Source: Promethearchaeota archaeon
Lineage (GTDB): Archaea; Asgardarchaeota; Lokiarchaeia; Sigyniarchaeales; SOKP01
Reading direction: 5' to 3'
NCBI GenBank assembly: GCA_019058365.1
Contig: JAHPZE010000031.1
Location: forward strand, 1 to 48,801
Length of the DNA stretch: 48,801 nt
Position 1 is the stretch's first letter. Each line of letters opens with the position of its first letter. The position numbers were made by a program, and so were the translations under genes. Below, piece by piece: positions 38,646-48,684 of the stretch. Below the pieces are notes generated by a model. That model had not been told where the DNA came from. It saw only the letters and a list, made by a program, of their open reading frames with translations, and made no database searches.

Positions 38646-39914
38646 TTATTTAAAATTAATTATCTTTAATTTAAGCTTGTTTACTTCATTAAGATATATA
38701 TTTGAAGCTATAAATGATGGTTCATTCTGTTCTTTTTTCTGTAAAATCTTGATTTTTAATTTATAAGCGTTAATAAGTATTTCTGAACTAATCTTTTCGG
38801 TTGCACTAATAATTACATCAAGAATATGAAGGGCAAGTTGCAGCTTTCCCTCCCCAAAGAGCTTTTTAGCTCGTATATAATATTGCTTAACATCACAAAT
38901 TTTTAAGAATTCGTTAGCTATTTCACTAGTTTTCGCCGGAAAAAGATCTGTAGGATTACCTGTATCATACCATCCATGATATAATCTATAAACTGCATGA
39001 ATAGCAAACCTATAGCATCCATACACTTGTGCTAAGATTTCATGATTAAATTTTTCTGGAAATATTTCAAGCATCTCATGATAGATCTGTTCAAACCATT
39101 TACCTTGATTTAATCGTTTTACAACTTCATCGTGAACAAAATTTAAGACTTCGGCCGTTATTGAAAGAATTTCTTTTATTTTTTCTTTACCTTCAATGAG
39201 GGGCCCTTGACCAGGAATTAAATGCTCTGGCTCTTTTTCAATCATTTTTTCTAATGCTTGAGCCCAATCTTTAGGGTATCTTTGAACTTTATAGGGATTT
39301 CCTACATTGGGGAAAACAGAGATTATGAAATCTCCCGTAAAAAGAACCTTCTCTTCAGGAACAAACATCCAAATTTGATCATCTGTTTCTCCTTTATCAT
39401 GATATAATTCAAAAGTGTATTCTCCCAATCTAAAAGTATAATTTTCATTTCCATGAAGTAGTATCGTGGGATTAAGAGTCTCTTTAGCAGAGTCATATTT
39501 TTTATTCTCACCTAATACAGAACCGAATTGTTGATCATGAAGCCAATTCAAATATTTATCTAACATGCGATACTTTTTGAAACGATCTACTAAATTCTCA
39601 TGGGCTATTACTTGGGGCACTTCCCAGCCTTTTCCTTTAATTTCCTCAAGGAAAGGAAGGTATCCAAAACAATGATCAAAATGACCATGAGAATATATTA
39701 TATATTTAATGGGTCTATCAGTAATCTCCCTAAGTGCTTTAAACACTCGTGGACCATTCAATTTTGAGGATATATCGAATAAGACTAAACCTTTGCTTGT
39801 TTCAACAACTCCCACGTTTGAGAAAGCACTAATTTTATGGAACTTGCCATTGGCAAAGGATTTAGGAGGATACAAACCAAAAAGTAACTTTCTATGTTCT
39901 TCCGTCATTTTCAT
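38646..39914 (-). CDS. Metallo-beta-lactamase fold alkyl-sulfatase-like hydrolase with dimerisation domain
   Basis: YSHGHFDH, GETDD, GDF, PNVGNP, GWY..GNP..L.P; lacks C-terminal SCP2 domain. Confidence 0.85.
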   Translation of the reverse strand: MKMTEEHRKLLFGLYPPKSFANGKFHKISAFSNVGVVETSKGLVLFDISSKLNGPRVFKALREITDRPIKYIIYSHGHFDHCFGYLPFLEEIKGKGWEVPQVIAHENLVDRFKKYRMLDKYLNWLHDQQFGSVLGENKKYDSAKETLNPTILLHGNENYTFRLGEYTFELYHDKGETDDQIWMFVPEEKVLFTGDFIISVFPNVGNPYKVQRYPKDWAQALEKMIEKEPEHLIPGQGPLIEGKEKIKEILSITAEVLNFVHDEVVKRLNQGKWFEQIYHEMLEIFPEKFNHEILAQVYGCYRFAIHAVYRLYHGWYDTGNPTDLFPAKTSEIANEFLKICDVKQYYIRAKKLFGEGKLQLALHILDVIISATEKISSEILINAYKLKIKILQKKEQNEPSFIASNIYLNEVNKLKLKIINFK

Positions 39915-39988
39915 GATAATCACTCATATCTAACTTAACAGTAGTTAATTTTATTGCTTTTTAAAAAGACATTATCAAAAATCTTAAC

Positions 39989-41098
39989 TTAATTAATAAA
40001 TTCAAGGCAAAACTTAATTGCCGGAATTATATGATATGCAATCCCTAAAATGTGTGGACTTAAGCTTATTTTAGGATTATCATAAAGTTCATATTGATGT
40101 GGTATTTTGAATTCATTTAATGTTTCATGAATTTGTTGTGTAGCAATTGCAGAACCCATTTCATCATTTCGAGCACAATTAATCATAAGATGAACTTTCT
40201 TTAATGTTTCTGAACGCTTTTTAATCAAATTACTTATATTATACCTCATCCAGTTATTTAGCGAATCTTGGTTTAAGTATATTATTTTCCCGTTTTCATC
40301 ACGCTTAATTGATGGCAACAAAGGATTTTCTTTTGAAAAAATAAGATCACACGTATCTAAAATGTCTGCCCACGTTTTCTTACCCATTCTTTTTGAGATT
40401 TTCTCACCAAAGAGTAGCTTATTTAGAGGAACAATAAGTTGCCAATCTATTAAATCGGGAACTAGATTCCCCGGACTTAGAGCCACAGCAGCAATAAACT
40501 TTTCGGGGTAAGAAAGACATAATCTCAATGCTCCAGCACCTCCCATAGAACCACCTAATACAGCACGATACTCCTTATCAGGAATCGTCCTATAAGAGGA
40601 ATCTATATATTCCAAAATGTCCCGTGCAATGTAATCTTTATAATTTCCTGAGAAGGGAGAATTAATGTAAAAACTTCCTTTTGTAGCGGGCTCACCACGC
40701 AAATTTTTAGTATTGTTGATATTAGGAATATGGAGACTTGCATCCGGTTGAACTAAAATGAACGGTTTTAATTCTCCACTTTCAATTAGGCCATCTAATT
40801 TCTCATAAGTAATCAAATTATCCAAATCAATTTTATCCAATATCTTTTTTGGAATGCGATCTAATGGAATAACTGTTTCATTCTCATTACGAGATGTGAT
40901 TGTCCAATTATGATTATTTCCACCATATCCATGTAAAAAGTAAAGTACAGGATATCTTGGATCCGTTGAATCAAAATAATTTGGGGGTAAATATATGCGC
41001 AAATCACGATTTACTGAACTATTAAGTGGATTATCTTCTAAGCTTTTTGCGCGAAAATTATCGATAATATATCTTTTATTCTGTTGTTTTATGGACAT
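39989..41098 (-). CDS. Esterase (alpha/beta hydrolase, Fes/XynC-like)
   Basis: IYLPP.Y, YPVLYFLHGYGG, GGSMGG. Confidence 0.88.
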   Translation of the reverse strand: MSIKQQNKRYIIDNFRAKSLEDNPLNSSVNRDLRIYLPPNYFDSTDPRYPVLYFLHGYGGNNHNWTITSRNENETVIPLDRIPKKILDKIDLDNLITYEKLDGLIESGELKPFILVQPDASLHIPNINNTKNLRGEPATKGSFYINSPFSGNYKDYIARDILEYIDSSYRTIPDKEYRAVLGGSMGGAGALRLCLSYPEKFIAAVALSPGNLVPDLIDWQLIVPLNKLLFGEKISKRMGKKTWADILDTCDLIFSKENPLLPSIKRDENGKIIYLNQDSLNNWMRYNISNLIKKRSETLKKVHLMINCARNDEMGSAIATQQIHETLNEFKIPHQYELYDNPKISLSPHILGIAYHIIPAIKFCLEFIN

Positions 41099-41153
41099 GG
41101 GAAATCATTATGTGATAAATCTAATTATATTAATTTTAAAATAAAATATTAAT

Positions 41154-42602
41154 TTATAATCCAATTTCCTTTAGTTCTTCTGTATTCCTAAGCGCGTTTT
41201 CTTTCTTTATAGTGTACATCAGAGTGAATATAATCATTCCTATGAGCATTATAAAGAATGGAATTAAGCTAATTTGAACTAGTAATCCTATATATGCTGT
41301 TATAGTATATGTACTCGGATCGCCAGACGCAAAACCAGTAAAGAGCGATACTATCGCAAAAATCAAGGTTTGGAGAGCATAGGAATAAGCTGTAAAAATC
41401 CTTAAGATTCCATAATAAGTACCTTCTTCTCGTTTACCCGATTTAATAACCGCATTATCAATTGCTTCAGCACCTATATAAATTCCAGTAACAATTACAC
41501 CACCATAACTAAGCCCTCCAAAGATACAAAAATAATTCAAGAAAGTAACTGGTAATATAATTATAGAGAATAGCAATAGGAAAAACAAACTAAATAAAAT
41601 TAAACTAAAAATCCCACATTTTCTAGCTCCATACTTCTTTACTAAGGGTATAAAAAGTAATGATCCCACAAAAGTCATTATTAGAACTATTAATTGCGGA
41701 AGTATTGCCTTAAAAGAATCTACTTCATAACCAAGTCCGTCAAAGAAGAAAAAGGGTAATCCGTTTAAAAAGCAGATTCCAGCGATGGAGTACAATGTGA
41801 ACATAATAACATATGCCATCCAATTTCTATCCGTGAAAATTCTAATCAGACTTTCTTTAATTGCAGAATAGCTTTTCCTTGCTTGGTCTAATTGCACTCT
41901 GAATGCTCGAATCTCTTTATTTTCATAAACACCATAAGAGAATGGAATTAACATTATGTAAAATAAAATTGTACATATTATTACGGTTCCTAAATACGCA
42001 TCGGGATCATCCAATCCACCTAATCTTCCCAAAATTATGGGAATAGTAATTGCAGGGATAATAACCTGATAAATGATGCTTATAATCTGACCTGCTCTTA
42101 TACTCTTACTGCGCTCGTTTTGAGTTCTGAATAAATCTGGAAATAGAGCAGATTGATTTATCTCAGATGTCGTTCCAAATGTCTCAAAAATGCACATCAT
42201 TACGATTAACCAAACAATTGAGAGTGTTAAATTACCTGGAGCATTTAAGACATCAGAAATTGGGATAAAGCAAAAAATCAAGAATATTGGTTGAAAAATT
42301 CGACCTAATAGTATCCAAGGAAATCGTTTTCCATATTTCTTAGTAAATCTAGTTGAGCGATCAGCAAAATAACCTATTATTGGGTCGTTAAATGCATCAA
42401 CTGTAGAATATATAAGATATATCATGAAAATTGTAATCTGAGGAATTAATAAGATATGGGCCGAAAAGTATTGTATTCTACCCCACAAGTTTGTCATTAT
42501 TAATCCAACAGGTCCTCCCAATGCCCATGCCCAATATTTTACTTCCTTATGAGGAGTTCTAAAACGTAAATTAGTATCATTCAATTTGTTAGATTGTGAC
42601 AT
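41154..42602 (-). CDS. MFS GPH-family transporter
   Basis: DAFNDPIIG..ADR, GKRFPW, SGKREEG.YYG; about twelve TM segments. Confidence 0.88.
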   Translation of the reverse strand: MSQSNKLNDTNLRFRTPHKEVKYWAWALGGPVGLIMTNLWGRIQYFSAHILLIPQITIFMIYLIYSTVDAFNDPIIGYFADRSTRFTKKYGKRFPWILLGRIFQPIFLIFCFIPISDVLNAPGNLTLSIVWLIVMMCIFETFGTTSEINQSALFPDLFRTQNERSKSIRAGQIISIIYQVIIPAITIPIILGRLGGLDDPDAYLGTVIICTILFYIMLIPFSYGVYENKEIRAFRVQLDQARKSYSAIKESLIRIFTDRNWMAYVIMFTLYSIAGICFLNGLPFFFFDGLGYEVDSFKAILPQLIVLIMTFVGSLLFIPLVKKYGARKCGIFSLILFSLFFLLLFSIIILPVTFLNYFCIFGGLSYGGVIVTGIYIGAEAIDNAVIKSGKREEGTYYGILRIFTAYSYALQTLIFAIVSLFTGFASGDPSTYTITAYIGLLVQISLIPFFIMLIGMIIFTLMYTIKKENALRNTEELKEIGL

Positions 42603-42805
42603 TTTTAATCTTTGTTTTAAATATTATAAATTTAATAAATAACTTTTAACCAAACATATATAAAAAGAATTCTAAGTTTTTACTAAATTAAATCTATAAT
42701 TAGATCCAAATTAATATATTAATCTTCTTTCTCAATCGAATTTCTGTTAAATTTTGAATCTATAACAGTTGATTAAAACATTAAAAAATGAAAGATTTAA
42801 GAAAT

Positions 42806-43894
42806 TTATTTTTGATTTTTTAAATATTCATGCATTTCAACTAATGTACTTGTTCTTATTAGAGCAGCTTTAAGAAATTGGAATCCAATATCGTAAGTTG
42901 AACCATCCCCTCCAATATGTATAACATAAGGTATTTCTCCATCAAATAAACCCTTTGCTTTAAGTATTTTATATGCAGTGCTTATTCCATCTGCCACAGT
43001 TGCACCAGATTCGAATAGATGATGAACCCATGGCACACGCCAAGAACTTACATTATCCTTTGAAGTCGATACTTCCGAGCATGATGTATTGTTTACATAA
43101 ATGATATTATCACCTGCAACATGAGTTGCTGCTGTAGCCATTTGATTTAATACCATTCCTGCTCCACATCCAGGGCAGAGTCCATGCCCCGGGGATAAGT
43201 GTGTTTGCGGTTTTAATACTTTTCGGTTTATTCGATAAATATCAATTAGTTTATCTGCCCCAAATTGCTCTATTAAACCTTTTACTTTTTTATTTCTTTG
43301 TTCTGTAAAATATAATATTTCATCAATTTCCTTTTCCATGAATTTTGGTTTGAATAAATGCCTGAATCGACCCATTGACTTCAAATATTCAACGAATTTA
43401 TCTTTATCTATATCTAATCCTCTATAATATGAGAATGTTGGCATTCCATCCTTTACACGAATAGTATATAGTGGCCAATACCCACAATCTGTTGCTAATT
43501 TCGATATTTTAACCGCATCTTCTGCTGCATGTCTCCATCCTCTCATACAATCAGAGTAAGCTTGAATAAAAGATGAACCATTACTTTTTAAAGCTTCTAT
43601 AATTTTTCCCATAAAATCATTTGGATAAGCAGGGTTTACAGTTGCTAAGAATAATGAATTTGAACCATAGAAAGCAAAAGGAGTAACTAAATCTTGTTTT
43701 ACTCCGACTTTTCCAGGTATCTTCTCTCCTGCGGGACCCGTTGTCGTGGATGCAAAAGGGGGTGTTCCTCCACTTTCTTGTATACCAGTATTCATAAATG
43801 CTTCATTATCATAATTGAAGAATAATACATTATTTTTTCCATCTCTTGCTAATAAATCCTCTAATTTTATTATATTCCTTTCTGGTTGCGACAT
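42806..43894 (-). CDS. porB: Pyruvate/2-oxoacid:ferredoxin oxidoreductase beta subunit, circularly permuted
   Basis: YDNEAFMNTGIQ, SDCMRGW and WPLY in the N-terminal half; PGHGLCPGCG, NTSC and GGDGSTYDIGFQ in the C-terminal half. Confidence 0.9.
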   Translation of the reverse strand: MSQPERNIIKLEDLLARDGKNNVLFFNYDNEAFMNTGIQESGGTPPFASTTTGPAGEKIPGKVGVKQDLVTPFAFYGSNSLFLATVNPAYPNDFMGKIIEALKSNGSSFIQAYSDCMRGWRHAAEDAVKISKLATDCGYWPLYTIRVKDGMPTFSYYRGLDIDKDKFVEYLKSMGRFRHLFKPKFMEKEIDEILYFTEQRNKKVKGLIEQFGADKLIDIYRINRKVLKPQTHLSPGHGLCPGCGAGMVLNQMATAATHVAGDNIIYVNNTSCSEVSTSKDNVSSWRVPWVHHLFESGATVADGISTAYKILKAKGLFDGEIPYVIHIGGDGSTYDIGFQFLKAALIRTSTLVEMHEYLKNQK

Positions 43895-43895
43895 T

Positions 43896-45125
43896 TTATC
43901 TATTTACCCCCAAAATTTTTTCCTTTGATTCCCTTACACCGAGATAAGAATAAAGGTCTCCTTTCATATCCGTCACAGATTCCATTTTCTTTTTTGCAAC
44001 AGTAAACTCATCTCTTGTAACATCTCGACCCCCTAAACCTACAATAAAACTTCTAAATATTGTTCCAAGGGGATATAAAGCTGAAGCGATTGTCATTGAA
44101 AATGGAGGTAATAGTCCGTTTAATGAATCTGATTTTTCAAATATAATAAGTTTCTCAATATTGTGGTCCTGTACTATTTTTTGTAATTCTTCATAAGGAA
44201 ATGGTCTATAAGCACGTATTTTTATCAAACCAACATCTTTATTTTTTGTCATCCAGCTTATTATGTTCCCACACATAGATCCCATTGTAAGAAATGCAGT
44301 TTTTGACGAATTATCAAGATTGAAAGTTTCAATTAAATCATATTCACGTCCAGTAGCGCTCGCAAAATCTTTAAAACATTTTTTCATCATTCCTAATACC
44401 GGTTTTTTATCTTCCTCCAATCTCATTCTACCCTCCATGAAATAATCAGGAGTTACGATTCCACCCCAAGTGCCTGGCTTTTCGGGCGTTATATGATGTC
44501 TTGGCTTTTTTGGAGTCAAATTTCTAACGATTTCATCCGGGATGAGAGTAAGATTCTGTACTGAATGAGAAATAATAAAACCATCATGTACAAACATTGT
44601 AGGAAAAAGAGAATCTTCTGAAATCATAACTGATATGATAGCAGCATCATAAGTTTCTTGTACGTTTTCAGATACAATACAATTCCACCCTAATTCTGAA
44701 TTTGTTTGTACAAATTCCCAACTATTCCAAATTGACAAGTTGGGAGAATTAAACGCTCTCGCTGAAATCATCATAGTTAAAGGTACTCGCCATCCTACAG
44801 CCATAGGTAATGCTTCAGTCATCAATAAATAACCCTGAGAAGCTGTAGCAGTAAAAGTTCTAGCTCCAGCTGCACAAGCTGCTGTTGAATAGCTTATTGC
44901 TGCTAATTCTGATTCAACATTTATAAATGCTGCTTTTAATCTTCCGTTATTAACTACATCAGATAATCCTTCAACTGATTGAGTTTGAGGTGTGATTGGA
45001 AATGCACAAATAACATCTGGATCTGTTTGTGTTACTCCGCCTGCTACAGCATAATTACCTATCATCGTAGTTTCAATAGGTTCTTTAATTTCCTTGAAAA
45101 AAATACGCATTGGTTCTACACTCAT
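43896..45125 (-). CDS. porA: Pyruvate/2-oxoacid:ferredoxin oxidoreductase alpha subunit
   Basis: GNYAVA, FPITPQT, VESE, TATASQG, DGF..SH, GLGGRD; start at MSVEP after SD GGAGGTGA. Confidence 0.92.
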   Translation of the reverse strand: MSVEPMRIFFKEIKEPIETTMIGNYAVAGGVTQTDPDVICAFPITPQTQSVEGLSDVVNNGRLKAAFINVESELAAISYSTAACAAGARTFTATASQGYLLMTEALPMAVGWRVPLTMMISARAFNSPNLSIWNSWEFVQTNSELGWNCIVSENVQETYDAAIISVMISEDSLFPTMFVHDGFIISHSVQNLTLIPDEIVRNLTPKKPRHHITPEKPGTWGGIVTPDYFMEGRMRLEEDKKPVLGMMKKCFKDFASATGREYDLIETFNLDNSSKTAFLTMGSMCGNIISWMTKNKDVGLIKIRAYRPFPYEELQKIVQDHNIEKLIIFEKSDSLNGLLPPFSMTIASALYPLGTIFRSFIVGLGGRDVTRDEFTVAKKKMESVTDMKGDLYSYLGVRESKEKILGVNR

Positions 45126-45129
45126 TGAA

Positions 45130-46128
45130 CTATTCACCTCCACTTTCTTCTGGTACCGCACAAGATGCGGGACTTTGTTTTAATTTCTTACTTATAGCTT
45201 CTACAGGACATATATTTATACAATTCTGACATGATTTACAATGAAAACTATCTATTCCCGCCATATGCCATAATCCATCATCTCCCTTCTCTCGAACTAT
45301 CGCGAAATCTGGGCAAATATACCAACATTGAGCACAATCAGTACATTTTTCTTTATCCCATATGATGTCCCATTCACCCCACGTTCCCGTCATTACCTGA
45401 GAACTTCCATATGGAATGATATTTTCGTCACAATACCATACTCCTGCCTTATCCATCTCTTTATATCCAGGTAATCCAGGTTTTACTTGTTGCCAGGGTA
45501 CTTTTGTATCTAAAGAAAAATCTATATCAATTCCAAGATCATACAAACAAGTCTCTTCAATAGCTTGTTTTATAGCTTGGATATTTTTCCCCGCAATTTC
45601 TCCTTTAAATCTCCTCATAATAGCATCAGATATCTCATCTAATGTAAAGAGATGGGATACTCGAATTAAAGCACCTAAAATTATAGTATTTGTTATATTT
45701 CTGCCAAAAGTCTCCAATGCGATTCTCGTTGCATCAATTGTTGCCACATTTATATCTTTTCTTCCAACCACTTCTTGGATGGATGCTTGATCCATAACAG
45801 TATTTACAATTAACCAACCTCCTTTAGGCATTCCAGCTGTTACATTAATTTCTCCTAAAAGAGATGGATCTAACACAGAAACAAAATGAGGTCCATAAAC
45901 TTGTTCATTGTTTCGCACTAAATCTTCATTTGCAGATAGTCTAACATAACTTTCCGTTGGGGAACCCATTCTTTCCGCTCCAAAAAGAGGTTGACAGACA
46001 CCATAACCATAAAAAGCTTCTACACATAAATTAGAAGCTGTAACTCCACCTTGTCCTCCTCTAGCATGAAATCTAAGATTAATTACATCATTTTTTAAAA
46101 CTTCTTTAACTTGTTCTGGAGTTAACAT
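45130..46128 (-). CDS. porC: 2-oxoacid:ferredoxin oxidoreductase fused gamma-delta subunit
   Basis: RFHARGGQGGVT, FGAERMGSP, NTIILGA, then TG.W and two CxxCxxCxxxCP ferredoxin motifs. Confidence 0.9.
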   Translation of the reverse strand: MLTPEQVKEVLKNDVINLRFHARGGQGGVTASNLCVEAFYGYGVCQPLFGAERMGSPTESYVRLSANEDLVRNNEQVYGPHFVSVLDPSLLGEINVTAGMPKGGWLIVNTVMDQASIQEVVGRKDINVATIDATRIALETFGRNITNTIILGALIRVSHLFTLDEISDAIMRRFKGEIAGKNIQAIKQAIEETCLYDLGIDIDFSLDTKVPWQQVKPGLPGYKEMDKAGVWYCDENIIPYGSSQVMTGTWGEWDIIWDKEKCTDCAQCWYICPDFAIVREKGDDGLWHMAGIDSFHCKSCQNCINICPVEAISKKLKQSPASCAVPEESGGE

Positions 46129-46274
46129 TTTGAGTAAATTTTGTAATTGTTTTCTAATTAATCAATTTCGATAAAATAAATCTTAGGATAAAATTTAAGT
46201 TATGTATAATCTTTCTTAAAACTTTCCTAGATCTTGTTTATAAAAAATAGCTCATATAAAAACAAAAAGGATTC

Positions 46275-47516
46275 TTAATTATATTCGTTTTCTAGCTTTT
46301 TTACAACATCTATACATAAAAGAAGAATGTTTTTTAATCCTTCTTTTGAAACTAAATCTATAGTATCTTTCTTAGTATGGACAAATTTCAAACCTGGTTG
46401 AGAACCAAGCCAGCACGCTTCAAAACCTTCGTGAACAATAGGCATATAATCTGACCAAGCGCCTGTAGGGGCATAAATTTCTTTTAATTTGATATTTAGT
46501 TCTTCACTACATTCCAAAAATAACTTATTTAATTTCTTAGAAGATACTTTTCTTGGAATTCCATAAGAACTTATTAATCTAATTAGTTCATATCCTCCGA
46601 TTAAATCGAAGTTAATAAAATAAGTTGATTTTTTATCAAATTTATCTTTATTTTTTTGAATAAAATTAATTGCTCCTCCTAAATTTAACTCTTCTGAACT
46701 AGTAGATAAAAATAGTAAGTCAATATTATTAATTGGATTTACTTTATAGTATCTTGCTAGTTCTATTAATGTTCCCACTGCAGCTGCATTATCAAATGCT
46801 CCAGGAGAGCTATTACCCGTTTTATTAAAATAATTAATTCCCCCAATTATGGCAATAACTATAGAGATATCCAATAAGATATTATTCAAAATTGGGATAT
46901 TAAAATTAATAAAGATTTTAAGAAGGCTTAAAATAAAATAGATAAGCATTAGAATTAAAGAACCAAAAATAGACAAAAGAAATATAGCAACTCGTATTGA
47001 TGTAGGAAATGATTGCGATTTAGAATCCCAGTGCCCCATAAAAATAATGTTAGCTTTAGGGTTCTTACTTTTCAACTTAGTATAAATATTTACTGTCTCA
47101 TAATTATAAATCTCATGTTTACTTAATTTAATACTATTAGTTCTCCCAAGTGCTTTACCTGAGACATAAATATCAAGTACAAACAAGCCTAATGTTAAAA
47201 AAGGACTTATATATATTGATAAAGCCAATAATATCAAAGCAGAGCCGGTAATTAAAAAGATGAATCTTATGAAAATCCAATTATAAAAGGATGTTATAAA
47301 TGTTTCTCGAAAAATTGGATCATACCCCGCTTCTTTAAATTCGTTTACTACAATCTCGATTGCTTTTTTCTCTCCCTCTGATCCTATTAATCTAGGGAAA
47401 GCAAGGCTTTTTGTTATCCGATATACATTATCTACATCAAATTTTGTATCAGTGTTGTTTTTATCTATTATTTTAGTATCTAATCCATCTGCCTTCATTT
47501 TTGACTCATAAATCAT
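46275..47516 (-). CDS. M28 family metallopeptidase with inserted membrane segments
   Basis: GHWDS, GAFDNAAAVG, SEE, NFD, SDY, HT..D. Confidence 0.88.
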   Translation of the reverse strand: MIYESKMKADGLDTKIIDKNNTDTKFDVDNVYRITKSLAFPRLIGSEGEKKAIEIVVNEFKEAGYDPIFRETFITSFYNWIFIRFIFLITGSALILLALSIYISPFLTLGLFVLDIYVSGKALGRTNSIKLSKHEIYNYETVNIYTKLKSKNPKANIIFMGHWDSKSQSFPTSIRVAIFLLSIFGSLILMLIYFILSLLKIFINFNIPILNNILLDISIVIAIIGGINYFNKTGNSSPGAFDNAAAVGTLIELARYYKVNPINNIDLLFLSTSSEELNLGGAINFIQKNKDKFDKKSTYFINFDLIGGYELIRLISSYGIPRKVSSKKLNKLFLECSEELNIKLKEIYAPTGAWSDYMPIVHEGFEACWLGSQPGLKFVHTKKDTIDLVSKEGLKNILLLCIDVVKKLENEYN

Positions 47517-47707
47517 ATCTTTTTGTTATTTATAAAATATTTAAACCACTCGATTGAAAGCGTTTTTTTACCTTTCCTAAAAATTTCTTTCCTAAATAGC
47601 ATACCTAAATCTGAAATAACTCCAGAAATATATTTTGCTGGTGTAATATCAAAATAATAATTATGGACCTCTAAAAAATTATTTGTTATCTCCTTATTAT
47701 TAAAAAT
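47513..47707 (-). pseudogene. 3' remnant of an eIF-2B/MtnA/R15P-isomerase family gene
   Basis: Frame reads ...FLEVHNYYFDITPAKYISGVISDLGML...KI-TGA; the TGA overlaps the M28 ATG (ATGA); no start upstream of the motif. Confidence 0.7.
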
Positions 47708-47715
47708 TCAAACAA

Positions 47716-48684
47716 TTAATAAAACCTTTTAAATATTCGACAGATTGCTAAAGCAATCCAAAGAGGAAGATCTTTATCCTTTGTTTTTAATAATTTTAAA
47801 TCCCATAATCCATTTTCTAATTGTCTTTCTCTTAAGGTTTCAAGTGCTAATTCGATTTGAGGATGAGATAAGGTGAACCTTAAGTTAGAGAGCGTATCAA
47901 GTGAAGATACAATATCTGTAAACCAGAAAGGAAATGATACTCTGAACCGATAATCTACACCTTTTCTATCTGGGTATTTATCAGGTTTAAAAAATCTTGA
48001 AGCTAAAAGCTTTCCCGCTGTTTTAGCTTCTTTTAAATTTCGAAATTAAGCATGAGCGGTAAAAGCTCTCAATACAACGCCAGTAATCATATGCGAAAAG
48101 GGTTTTCTCTTTATTGGTTGTAATGCATCTTCACCATCCACAACTTCTGACCACTTCGCGTTATGTATTCTTATGGGTGCTGCCCATCCTCCATCATCTT
48201 GTCTGACTGATAAAAGCCATTTAAATCCTTTCTTTATTTGTTGTTCATCTTCACATCCCGCTTTTACTAAGAGTTCCATTATACCAGCAGTATAATTTGG
48301 GGAATATTGATTTCCATAAATCCCTCTAAAATCTCCTTCTTTAGTTTGAAATGAAAATAAAAATTTAGCTGCTTTTTGTATTGCTAAATGTCGATTATTA
48401 AAACCATACTTTTCTATAAGGAATCCTAATTGCCTATATGTTTCTAATTGATTATAATTTTCTTGTACCTTTAAATCTCTTTTACTACTAAGATATTTCC
48501 ACGAACTGTTCTTTAGTTGTTTTTTAAGTATTTTCTCTACTTCTTGTTGTTTCCATATTATTTCAATAGATTCAACTTTTTCATTTAAAAGGTCTCTTTT
48601 AACAAAATATTTGATTATGATATTTTCAACTGAAAGGAGAATAGATAATGGATTAAATCTTAAATACTCTTTACATCTTTACAT
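47716..48684 (-). pseudogene. Prenyltransferase/squalene-cyclase-repeat (alpha/alpha barrel) protein gene with two in-frame TAA stops
   Basis: One 323-codon frame from ATG 48684 with TAA at 48679-81 and 48046-48; repeats QLKNSSW, FQTKEGDF, RQDDGGW and RQLENGLW. Confidence 0.8.

Noticed and set aside
45126-45161. Track start for porA overlapping porC
   Set aside because: A strong SD (GGAGGTGA) points to ATG 45125 instead
233-45790. Numerous short ORFs in the track lying antisense or out of frame within larger genes (e.g. 233-502, 6710-6997, 16834-17346, 33910-34275, 35737-36039, 45416-45790)
   Set aside because: They overlap motif-supported genes, have no recognisable domain, and look like antisense or alternate-frame shadows
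48046-48681. Stop-codon recoding (Sec, Pyl or reassigned TAA)
   Set aside because: The stops are TAA, not TGA or TAG, and TAA ends many intact genes in the window
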